64,000 bases of DNA from Armatimonadota bacterium. Lineage in GTDB: Bacteria; Vulcanimicrobiota; JACPDS01; JBDRKI01. Under the pieces are notes generated by a model. It saw only the letters and a program-made list of their open reading frames with translations, was not told where the DNA came from and did no database searches. Both the position numbers and the translations under genes were made by a program. Position 1 is the first letter of the stretch. The number at the start of each line of letters is the position of its first letter. This document shows, in pieces, positions 41,382 to 50,193 of this stretch. Where the stretch lies: contig JBDRKI010000036.1 of NCBI GenBank assembly GCA_043814095.1, positions 1-64,000 on the forward strand, given 5' to 3'.

Positions 41382-42542
41382 TTACTGAACTATATCATTT
41401 ACTTTTATTCTGTTGGAAAGATTTACCCTGTCTTTAATAAACTGGCAGACGGATGTATTTTTATCGCATTTTGTTACAACTACAGGGCCCAGAGGCACTG
41501 CTTCATACATGGTTACACCTGTTAATGGGTCTCTGAAGTCATTTATGCTGTATGCTATGAAAGCCAGTTCAGGATATACCCCGCCTGTTGATCCTTTGTT
41601 GATTACGAATGAATCGGCATTGCATTTTATAACAACGGCTTTAATGGGATTTTTTCTGGCCAATGTCATCTCCTTGGTAGCCGTGTTGCCGTAAATATCT
41701 CTTGCGGTTACTTCAAGAGTCAGTTTTTCGCCTACGCGTCCCGGCGGGTATTCCACGGGATAGCTCATCTGTAAAGTTTTCTGGGGCCATATGCCGTAAT
41801 CAACACCGTTTACTATAAGAGAATCGACTTTAGACGAATCAGTTATGTTCCCCTGAAGAAGCACGCACAGTGTCTTTATTCCCTGGGATTCTTTGGGAAC
41901 GGTAACGGTTATTGAAGGGGCTTCATTGTCACGCGGTTTTGCGCCTATCTTGTTTATAAAGCTGTTGCCGAGTTCATCAATGGCTGATAAGGTAAATGTA
42001 AGAATCTGTTTCTTTACAGGAGGCGCGTCTTTGCCCTGATCTATGCTGTCATCACGCCATACGGTATCAGACCAGAGCACATCGCCTGATTTTCCATCAT
42101 AAAGAATGCCTTCTAATGTGAATTTCCATTTTTGTTGCATGCTGGATAAAAACTGGGGGACGCCGTATTTTGCCATCTGGGAAAGGTTTCCTGCAAGGAG
42201 CCCGTCAAGCCTGTACTGTTTGCAGATTTTAGCGATCTGATCCTTGGTAAAGGGCTTATCCGGTCTTAAAGACGAATAAGGAAATATTTTAAGATCTGTT
42301 ATCATGTCTGTATCTATAGGGACAATTACATAGTTATTCTGTGTCAGAATTTCCTGCATTCTTTCAGGGTAGTAAGGGAAGTCAATATGTCCCGGGATAT
42401 CGGTAGTATTAAACGGCTGCATTACACCGATAATGTAAAGGTCCTGGTATGAATCTCCCGCGGCATCTGCCGGGAGCGGGGAGAAAACAACGAGGCACAA
42501 AAGAACCATCACCGTAAAGATAAGATTTTGTCTTTTTTTCAT
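41382..42542 (-). CDS. secreted multidomain protein (CsgG/TolB-N-like + Ig-like + FlgT-C-like)
   Basis: Signal peptide; LYDGKSGDVLW; DNEAPSITV...ARDIYGN Ig-like domain; VINKGSTGGV C-terminal domain. Confidence 0.6.
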   Translation of the reverse strand: MKKRQNLIFTVMVLLCLVVFSPLPADAAGDSYQDLYIIGVMQPFNTTDIPGHIDFPYYPERMQEILTQNNYVIVPIDTDMITDLKIFPYSSLRPDKPFTKDQIAKICKQYRLDGLLAGNLSQMAKYGVPQFLSSMQQKWKFTLEGILYDGKSGDVLWSDTVWRDDSIDQGKDAPPVKKQILTFTLSAIDELGNSFINKIGAKPRDNEAPSITVTVPKESQGIKTLCVLLQGNITDSSKVDSLIVNGVDYGIWPQKTLQMSYPVEYPPGRVGEKLTLEVTARDIYGNTATKEMTLARKNPIKAVVIKCNADSFVINKGSTGGVYPELAFIAYSINDFRDPLTGVTMYEAVPLGPVVVTKCDKNTSVCQFIKDRVNLSNRIKVNDIVQ

Positions 42543-42651
42543 GCTTTTCGTTCCTCCTTTATTTGATATTAAAATATTCTTTAATTTTTTTATAAATCCC
42601 TTTAATCATATAATGTTTGTGCATGTAAGTTACAAAGGGTAAAATAAGAAT

Positions 42652-43551
42652 TTATTGATGGCAGTTTTCGCAGTCATGATCGCAGTTTGGTTTCTGATGG
42701 CATGGTTCGGCATGTATTAATATCTCAATATCGGTAAAAGTTTGTTTTATATCTATTTCTAAATGATCGCATAATTTATGGGCTTCAGCTAAAGTGCAGG
42801 TCGGTTTTAACACAAGATGAAGGTCAACATATCTTACAGAACCCGAGCTTCTGGTTCTTAAATTGTGGTATTCTATGAACTGGCCCATGTGTTGATCTAA
42901 AATTTCTCTTATAGTTTTTTCTTCTTCTTCAGGCAGGGATTCATCTATTAAGTCCTTCATTGTTTTGCGTATAAGTTTGAAGAAAGAGAATAATATTATG
43001 CATGCTACTAATAATCCCACGATAGGATCTATTATGTTGATACCGGTTACTTTAATTATTATTAAGGAGACAAGAACCCCGGCTTCCCTCCATATATCCG
43101 CTTTAAAATTATGGGCTCTTCCTTCAAGGGCTATTGAATTTTCGGATTTCGCGGTTTTGAACAGATAATTAGAAACCACTATTTTTGATATTAAGGATAC
43201 GGCCATAACCAGGATACCCAGATTTAGTTCTCCGATTATATTGCCGTAAAGTATACCCTTAACAGCTTTTATAACGATAAATACGGCTATTGATAATATG
43301 AATATGGATTCTAATGCCGCGGATAAAGTCTCAAATTTGCCGTGCCCGTAAGGGTGGTCTTTATCAGGCGGTTTTTCCGATTTTTTAATAAGGAAGTAGG
43401 ATAATAAAGAAATAGCAAGGTCGCCTATGGAGTCTAACGCTTCAGATAGTATGGCTATGGAATTAATATAAAGGCCGACAGCCACTTTTAATATAGCTAT
43501 CACAATAACATATATTATTGATATAACAGATGCTGTTACTTTTTTAGTCAT
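42652..43551 (-). CDS. cation diffusion facilitator (FieF-like)
   Basis: SEALDS, PPDKDHPYGHGKFE, HNFKAD, HNLRTR, IHAEP. Confidence 0.92.
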   Translation of the reverse strand: MTKKVTASVISIIYVIVIAILKVAVGLYINSIAILSEALDSIGDLAISLLSYFLIKKSEKPPDKDHPYGHGKFETLSAALESIFILSIAVFIVIKAVKGILYGNIIGELNLGILVMAVSLISKIVVSNYLFKTAKSENSIALEGRAHNFKADIWREAGVLVSLIIIKVTGINIIDPIVGLLVACIILFSFFKLIRKTMKDLIDESLPEEEEKTIREILDQHMGQFIEYHNLRTRSSGSVRYVDLHLVLKPTCTLAEAHKLCDHLEIDIKQTFTDIEILIHAEPCHQKPNCDHDCENCHQ

Positions 43552-43696
43552 ATAATCACTGCTTAATATAATTTAATATTAAGAAAATTATATCAGAAAT
43601 AGAATTTTTTAAAAAGGGGTTAGTGTCATTTTATCGAAAAATTATTGAGTTAGAAGATTGTTCGATAACCATAATTTAATAAAAAAGGCGGTATTT

Positions 43697-44698
43697 ATGA
43701 AAAAATTAACATCCGGCAAAAAAAGGATTTTTCTTTTTATTCTGCCCGCATTATTGTTAATATTTACTTTAACGGGATGCGCGACAAACAGTACGACAAC
43801 CGAGCTTGCGGCCGCCGCGACGGGTTATTATCTTTATGTAGGGAATATGACTACCAATGATGTGACTATAATTAATACAGGCACTAACTCGGCGGCAGCC
43901 ACTGTTAATGTCGGGGATAATCCGGGCAGGGCGGTTATAGGGCTGTATGATTATGTTTATGTACCGAACTGGGGTTCTAATAATGTATCAGTAATCAGAG
44001 TCAGCGACAATACCGTAACTACCGCCGTCAATGTGGGGAGAAATCCTTTCGAGACTGCTATCACGCCTAACGGCAATTATGTTTATGTGTCAAATATGGG
44101 CGCTGATACCGTGTCGGTAATAAAAACCAGCGATAATACCGTAACTTCTACAATAAATGTAGGGTCAAATCCGTCAGGGATAGTGGTTACACCCAGCGGC
44201 AGTTATGTTTATGTGGCAAATATGGACAGTGATACCGTATCTATAATAAGAACAAGCGATAATACGGTAACCGCCACAATAAATGTGGGAACCCACCCCA
44301 AGGGAATCGCCATCACGCCTAACGGCAGTTATGTTTATGTGGTAAATGACGGTTCTGATACCGTATCGGTAATAAGAACAAGTACCAATACCGTAACAGC
44401 AACTATAGATGTCGGCTCCAGTCCATACGGGGCCGCAGTTACACCTGACGGGAAACATGTTTATGTGACAAATTATTTTCATAATACCGTATCGGTAATA
44501 AATACAGCCAGCAATACGGTGACCGCTACGGTTAATGTCGGAACGAGCCCTACAGCTGTGGCTGTTTCTCCTTACGGTGATTATGTTTATGTGACAAACT
44601 GGGGTTCTAATACGGTATCTGTAATAAGGGTCAGCGATAATGAAGTAGTTAATACCGTTAATACAGGGATAGGACCGGGAGGAGCGGTAATCGGTTAA
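43697..44698 (+). CDS. YVTN/YncE beta-propeller lipoprotein
   Basis: Lipobox LTGC; seven ~42-aa YVxN...SVI...VG..P repeats. ATG at 43697 preferred over TTG at 43658. Confidence 0.9.
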   Translation: MKKLTSGKKRIFLFILPALLLIFTLTGCATNSTTTELAAAATGYYLYVGNMTTNDVTIINTGTNSAAATVNVGDNPGRAVIGLYDYVYVPNWGSNNVSVIRVSDNTVTTAVNVGRNPFETAITPNGNYVYVSNMGADTVSVIKTSDNTVTSTINVGSNPSGIVVTPSGSYVYVANMDSDTVSIIRTSDNTVTATINVGTHPKGIAITPNGSYVYVVNDGSDTVSVIRTSTNTVTATIDVGSSPYGAAVTPDGKHVYVTNYFHNTVSVINTASNTVTATVNVGTSPTAVAVSPYGDYVYVTNWGSNTVSVIRVSDNEVVNTVNTGIGPGGAVIG

Positions 44699-44747
44699 TA
44701 ATTTATAAAAAGATGATTGTCATTAGATAGATAAAAAGAGGAAGATA

Positions 44748-46817
44748 TTAATTTTTATCTTCTTCTTTCTTTTTCTTTAATATTTCTTCTTCAATATTTT
44801 TAGGAGCTGGGAGGTATTTGAAAAACTCCATAGAGAATGTTGCTCTCCCGCTGCTTAATGTGCGCAGGGCCGTCGCATAACCGAACATCTCTTTAAGAGG
44901 CACAGTTCCCGTTATTTTCTGCGAGCCCTTGCGGAACCTTCTCATGTTGTTTATCTTCCCGCGTCTTCTTGTTAAATCTCCCATGATATCACCTAAGTAC
45001 TGGTCTGGGGAGTTTATCTCTATTTTCATTACAGGTTCAAGCATAAGAGGAGATGCTTTTTTAAATGCTTCTTTAAAAGCCATTGATGCCGCTGTCTTAA
45101 ACGCGAATTCCGACGAATCCACTTCATGTGTCGTGCCGTCTAATAGTTCGCACTTTACATCAACTACGGGGTATCCCGCGTATGCGCCTTCCTGCATGGC
45201 TTCTTCTATGCCTTTTTTAACAGCGGGGATGTACTCTTTGGGTATCACCCCGCCTTTTGTACGGTCAATGAATTCAAAGCCTTTGGCATCATTGGGCTCT
45301 ATGCTTATAACGCAGTGCGCGAACTGTCCCTTGCCGCCGGACTGTTTTACATAACGCTTGTCGCAGTCAGCTTTTCTGGTTATTGTTTCCCTGAATGAGA
45401 TCGAAGGGCTGCCGGTTTCGGCGTTTACGCCGAATTCTCTTTTTAGGCGGTCAACAATAATTTCAAGATGGAGTTCTCCCATACCGGATATTATAATTTC
45501 TTTTGTTTCTTCATCGGTGCGGAAACCGAAAGACGGATCTTCCATTGCTATTTTTTTAAGGGAGATACCGAGCTTGTCGTTTTCCTGCTGGGATAAAACG
45601 GATACCCTTATGCTTATAACCGATTCAGGTGCCGTTATTTTTTCAAAGAGTATAGGGTTACTTGGCGAGGAGAGGGTATCACCTGTTGTGGTGTTTTTAG
45701 TGCCTATCAATGCAACTATATCGCCTGCTGATGCCTCTTTTAGTTCCTGCCTGTCTTGCGCGTGTATTTTAAGTATTTTACTTATTCTTTCTTCCTTGTT
45801 TTTTAAAGTATTTAAAACAGTGTCTCCTTGAGATATTTTTCCCGAATAAATTCTTGTAAATGTCTGCTGGCCTACGAACGGGTCGTGTATTATTTTAAAT
45901 GCAAGAGCTGAGAAATTTTCATCTGCAGAAGGTTTTCTGGTAAGAACTTTTTCCGGATCATCCGGGCAAAAACCTGTTGTAACACCTATATCAAGAGGGG
46001 AGGGCAGATAATCAATAACAGCGTCAAGAAGATTCTGTACTCCGATATTTTTATATGCCGCACCGCAGAAAACAGGAGTTATGATAGATTTTAAAACACC
46101 GTCTCTTGCGGTTTTTTTGATAAGCTCTGCATCTATAGGTTTATCTTCCATATACTGTTCAAGCATCTCGTCACTGTATTCGGTTAATTTTTCTATTATT
46201 TCTTTATGCGCTTCCTGGGCTGAATTTAGATATTTTTCCGGTATCTCTTCCTCTTTATATGAGCCGTCTTTATAAATGAGGGCTTTCATTGCAACAAGAT
46301 CAATGACCCCTGTTAATTCTTCTCCCTCAAATAAAGGAAACTGGAATTTTACAGGGTTTGCCTCAAGCTGGTCTGTCATCATTTTTACACAAGTTTCAAA
46401 ATCCGCGCCTACGGTATCCATTTTATTTATAAAAGCGATTTTAGGTACTTTGTGTTTCTGCGCCTGGTTCCATACGGTTTCTGTCTGGGCTTCCACGCCG
46501 TTAACTCCGCAGAAAACCGCGACAACGCCGTCAAGAACTCGCAGTGATCTTTCAACTTCAATAATAAAATCAACATGACCCGGAGTGTCAATAATATTTA
46601 TCTGATGGTCTTTCCACGCGCAGGTTATTGCCGCAGAAGCTATGGTAATGCCGCGTTCCTGTTCCTGGGTCATAAAATCCATGGTGGCTTTGCCGTCGTG
46701 GACTTCACCCATCTTCCTTATATTACCGCTGTAATACAGGATTCTTTCGGTAACGGTTGTCTTGCCTGCGTCAATATGGGCGACAATCCCGATGTTTCTC
46801 AGTTTTTCCAGTGACAT
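44748..46817 (-). CDS. fusA: elongation factor G (stand-alone paralogue)
   Basis: AHIDAGKTT, RGITI, DTPGH, NKMD, GMGELHLEI, KQSGGKGQF, HEVDSSE, EMFGYAT. Confidence 0.93.
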   Translation of the reverse strand: MSLEKLRNIGIVAHIDAGKTTVTERILYYSGNIRKMGEVHDGKATMDFMTQEQERGITIASAAITCAWKDHQINIIDTPGHVDFIIEVERSLRVLDGVVAVFCGVNGVEAQTETVWNQAQKHKVPKIAFINKMDTVGADFETCVKMMTDQLEANPVKFQFPLFEGEELTGVIDLVAMKALIYKDGSYKEEEIPEKYLNSAQEAHKEIIEKLTEYSDEMLEQYMEDKPIDAELIKKTARDGVLKSIITPVFCGAAYKNIGVQNLLDAVIDYLPSPLDIGVTTGFCPDDPEKVLTRKPSADENFSALAFKIIHDPFVGQQTFTRIYSGKISQGDTVLNTLKNKEERISKILKIHAQDRQELKEASAGDIVALIGTKNTTTGDTLSSPSNPILFEKITAPESVISIRVSVLSQQENDKLGISLKKIAMEDPSFGFRTDEETKEIIISGMGELHLEIIVDRLKREFGVNAETGSPSISFRETITRKADCDKRYVKQSGGKGQFAHCVISIEPNDAKGFEFIDRTKGGVIPKEYIPAVKKGIEEAMQEGAYAGYPVVDVKCELLDGTTHEVDSSEFAFKTAASMAFKEAFKKASPLMLEPVMKIEINSPDQYLGDIMGDLTRRRGKINNMRRFRKGSQKITGTVPLKEMFGYATALRTLSSGRATFSMEFFKYLPAPKNIEEEILKKKKEEDKN

Positions 46818-46919
46818 AATAAAAGCTCCTTTTGTTAAGGAAATAACAATACATTAATAAGTTATGCTTGTCAATGATTTTTTACCTTATTTATATATTA
46901 TTTTCACATAAAATTAATA

Positions 46920-46946
46920 TAGGGACAAGGCAGTGCCCTGTCCCTA
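46920..46946. repeat. REP-like palindrome / possible terminator
   Basis: TAGGGACAAGGCA-G-TGCCCTGTCCCTA. Confidence 0.55.
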
Positions 46947-46979
46947 AGAAAAACCGGCATAAGATATAAAAAGTTTTTC

Positions 46980-48944
46980 TTATTTAACTATTAATTCGCC
47001 CGCGTAATTATCGTATATCTGCGGCTGCTGGGTATAATAACCGCTTGTTCCCGAGTAAATATAATCATTTGTCAGTCCGGGTACATATCCTCCCAGCTCT
47101 TCCGCTGATATTGATGTGCTTGAATCGGCATCCGCCGGTCCGAATATTGAACCCTGACCCAGCCCTTCACATATGTAATATACAAAAACGCCGTTCTGCA
47201 GGAATCCTGACTCCCAGCTTACTTCATCGGAAGCAGAAGATGTCATAACATAGGTATTATCAAGGCCTTCAAGTGATTTAGAGAATTCTTCGCCTTTGTA
47301 GCTTAAGCTGGAATTTTTAACGGGGATATATTTAGCTTTCATGTATTCTGACCTTGAATATTTTTTATCTATGAAATGCCCGCTGAAACAGGCATCTAAG
47401 AGGATATACTTACTTGAAGTTTCAGGAAAATCCTTGATCCAGTTCTTAAGATCATTCTCGCTTATTCTCTTGGAGTCGTCATCTATGCTGTCATGTGGTA
47501 TTAGATATCCTGTATTGCCGGTGTTTGTGCCGTGTCCGGAATAAAGGAATATGAATAATCCGTCATCTGCGATATTATTTGCGGCATCCGCTATCGCGTT
47601 CTGTATTGCTTCTTTTGTCGCCTTGGCATATCTGTTTACGCTTATACTGGCTCCGGCCCATAATGGGGAATTTAGGAGGCTGTCTTTCATATCTACCGCG
47701 TCATCATCCGTATAACTGAGGTCATATTCGGTACCGGGATAATCACATACGCCCACAAGTACCGCGCAGACCGATCCGTCTGCCGATGATATTGTTATAA
47801 GGGTATCCCCGCCGTCCTGGGGAGTATCCGGTTCATCCGGCTCATCAGGGATATCGGGTTCTTCATCGGGAGCTTCGTAACCGCTCCCGCTTTTTATATC
47901 CATGCTCCCGCTGTAGTTGTCATAAGACTGCGGCTGCTGTGTATAATAATAATTACTGTTATTTATAACATAGTTGTTTACGCGGGAAGGTACATAGGAA
48001 GATAATTCTTCCGCGCTTATTGAATCATTTGAATCCGTGTCCGCGGGGCCTATTACGGCGCCCGTGCCCAGTCCTTCGCAGAGGTAATATATGAAAACGC
48101 CGTTCTGCAGGTATCCGGATTCAAAACTTACTTCATCACCTTTTGACGAAGTCATAACATAAGTATTTTGGGATCCGGTAAGATTTTTAACTGTTTTATC
48201 GCTGTCATAATACGGGTTAGATCCTTTAACAGCCATGTATTTGGATTTTAAAGCGCCGGTATTTACACCCCGTGCATCTATAAAAAGACCGCTGAAGCAT
48301 GAGTCTATTAATACGTATTTTTTAGCGGTTGAAGGAAAATTATCAATCCAGTTTTTCATTTCATATTCACTTATCATACTGGAATATCCGTAAGCGCCGT
48401 CATAAGGTATTATATATCCCGTACTTCCGTTATTTGTACCGTGGCCTGAGTACATAAATACAAATAACCCGTCGCTTGCTAAACTGTTCTGCGCGTTTGT
48501 TACGGCAGTCTGGATTTTTGCTTTTGTTACGTGTATATCACTCTGTATATTTACATCAGCGCCTGTCCATGAGCCGCTGTTTATTAAAGCGTCTTTAAAA
48601 TCAAGAGCGTCTTTATATGTGCATGTAAGGTCTGAGGAATCATTGCTCCCGGGTTCATCCGGGTAATCTGATACGCCGGCTATTACCGCGTAAGCCGATC
48701 CATCCGCTTTTGATATGGTTATTAAAACACCCTTATTTTCCGGTTCCGGTGTCTGCGCTGGCGCAGGGGTGGGTTCTTCGGCAGGGGAAGAGTATACCGG
48801 TTCATTAGAAGTATTTGTTCCGCCGCCACCGCCTGTACCGCCGCCGCCTCCTCCTCCGCAGCTTGTCAGAACAAGAGTAAGCAGGGGACATAGGATAATT
48901 AATATAAAAACGGTAAAAAATAATGGAATATTTCTTTTTTTCAT
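46980..48944 (-). CDS. lipoprotein with two tandem caspase-like (peptidase C14) domains
   Basis: Lipobox LTSC plus Gly/Pro linker; FMYSGHG...LIDSCFSG and FLYSGHG...LLDACFSG; acidic linker between the domains. Confidence 0.9.
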   Translation of the reverse strand: MKKRNIPLFFTVFILIILCPLLTLVLTSCGGGGGGGTGGGGGTNTSNEPVYSSPAEEPTPAPAQTPEPENKGVLITISKADGSAYAVIAGVSDYPDEPGSNDSSDLTCTYKDALDFKDALINSGSWTGADVNIQSDIHVTKAKIQTAVTNAQNSLASDGLFVFMYSGHGTNNGSTGYIIPYDGAYGYSSMISEYEMKNWIDNFPSTAKKYVLIDSCFSGLFIDARGVNTGALKSKYMAVKGSNPYYDSDKTVKNLTGSQNTYVMTSSKGDEVSFESGYLQNGVFIYYLCEGLGTGAVIGPADTDSNDSISAEELSSYVPSRVNNYVINNSNYYYTQQPQSYDNYSGSMDIKSGSGYEAPDEEPDIPDEPDEPDTPQDGGDTLITISSADGSVCAVLVGVCDYPGTEYDLSYTDDDAVDMKDSLLNSPLWAGASISVNRYAKATKEAIQNAIADAANNIADDGLFIFLYSGHGTNTGNTGYLIPHDSIDDDSKRISENDLKNWIKDFPETSSKYILLDACFSGHFIDKKYSRSEYMKAKYIPVKNSSLSYKGEEFSKSLEGLDNTYVMTSSASDEVSWESGFLQNGVFVYYICEGLGQGSIFGPADADSSTSISAEELGGYVPGLTNDYIYSGTSGYYTQQPQIYDNYAGELIVK

Positions 48945-49004
48945 AATAATACCCCCAATAAATTATAAAAAATGCCTGTGCCTGCTGATTGTTTTGTTAA
49001 TTAT

Positions 49005-49069
49005 ATTATAGCATTAAAAAAGTAAAGAATTGTTAAATTTTTGTTAACAGAATGTTAACATATTGTTAA
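49005..49069 (-). promoter_or_regulatory. promoter with four phased TTAACA boxes (OmpR/PhoP-type site)
   Basis: Plus-strand TGTTAA at 49031, 49042, 49053 and 49064 (11-bp phase); extended -10 TGCTATAAT on the minus strand at 49005-49013. Confidence 0.8.
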
Positions 49070-49091
49070 CATTTATGAGGGTATAGGGTAA

Positions 49092-50036
49092 TTATCTTAC
49101 AGGTATAAAGGCATGCCCGTCCCATTCATAAGCATCACAGAATTTTTCGGCTTCACCGTGGGTAAAATAAGTGCCGTAAAGGCGTATCTCGGGCTGGCGG
49201 TTATTATTGCTATCTGCTATTTCCAAACTTTCAAAATAGCCTTCCTGGCCCAAATCCATACTATTGCGCCATATTTCTTCATAACGGGAACCGTCCCATT
49301 TATATATAATTACATTATTCGCGCTTCTTGAGGCCATGCAGTCAGGAAGTATTTTATCATCACCTATGCTTACCACAACCAGTTCGTCTTTGCCGTCTCC
49401 CGTAATGTCGGCATATTCTTTTCCTACTATTGCAATTGTGTTCATATTGCCGGAATGTCCTGTATCAACATCGTAATATGATTTCGTTTTTATATAGAAT
49501 GCGGGGCATCCGCGGTACATATTTACCGTAGCCTGTGAGTTAGCATCTACCGTGAAATTAGATATTACCTTTCCCGGATACATAAGCTCCGCTAATTCTT
49601 CATTTGATAATATATGCGTGCTGCTTTTTACTTTGTCTTTTTTAAATATACCTAGATTTTTAATGTAGTCTGACTGTAATACTGCTTTTGCTATTATAAA
49701 AATGCCGGAAAGAACCAGAATTATTGATATCAAAGAAGTTATTAACGGCATTATTTTCTTTTTTTCTTTTCCCGTATCTTTCTCTTTTTCTTTCTCTGGA
49801 GAGGATTTTAATTCTTCTTTATCCGGTATTATTGATATCTCGGTATTTTCTGTTATTGTACCTTCATTGCTGGGTTCAAGATTTGTTACTTTTAAATTTA
49901 TACCGGAGAAGCGTATTATTTTGCCTTTGGATATGCTCTTTCCCATTAAAAATGAACCAAGCTCATCTGACCTTGCCTCTATGGACCTTATATTTCTTAA
50001 AGATACCGTTAATTCAACAAACTTAGCTTCAGGCAT
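49092..50036 (-). CDS. bitopic membrane protein: Cdc48 N-subdomain-2-like N-terminus, TM, exported domain
   Basis: LMGKSISKGKII...LKVTNLEP...ITENTEISI; charged linker; TM; ADITGDGKDELVV Ca-loop. Confidence 0.65.
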   Translation of the reverse strand: MPEAKFVELTVSLRNIRSIEARSDELGSFLMGKSISKGKIIRFSGINLKVTNLEPSNEGTITENTEISIIPDKEELKSSPEKEKEKDTGKEKKKIMPLITSLISIILVLSGIFIIAKAVLQSDYIKNLGIFKKDKVKSSTHILSNEELAELMYPGKVISNFTVDANSQATVNMYRGCPAFYIKTKSYYDVDTGHSGNMNTIAIVGKEYADITGDGKDELVVVSIGDDKILPDCMASRSANNVIIYKWDGSRYEEIWRNSMDLGQEGYFESLEIADSNNNRQPEIRLYGTYFTHGEAEKFCDAYEWDGHAFIPVR

Positions 50037-50137
50037 AACTCACCTCTTTAACTGTTTTCTGTATATTTATAATTCGCAGTTTTATAAAAAGCTTCCTCCA
50101 AATAAAATAAATTAAGAAATGAATAGATGAATGAATT

Positions 50138-50174
50138 AAAAAACCAGAGCTGCCGTAAGCAGCCCTGGTTTTTT
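50138..50174 (-). terminator. rho-independent terminator after the AGCS gene
   Basis: AAAAAACCAGAGCTGC-CGTAA-GCAGCCCTGGTTTTTT. Confidence 0.8.
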
Positions 50175-50193
50175 AAAAACAATCTGTAATTAA

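Noticed and set aside
43800-44690. Regular ~126-bp DNA repeats resembling a CRISPR or tandem array
   Set aside because: They are in-frame coding repeats of the YVTN beta-propeller, with no repeat-spacer structure and no cas genes
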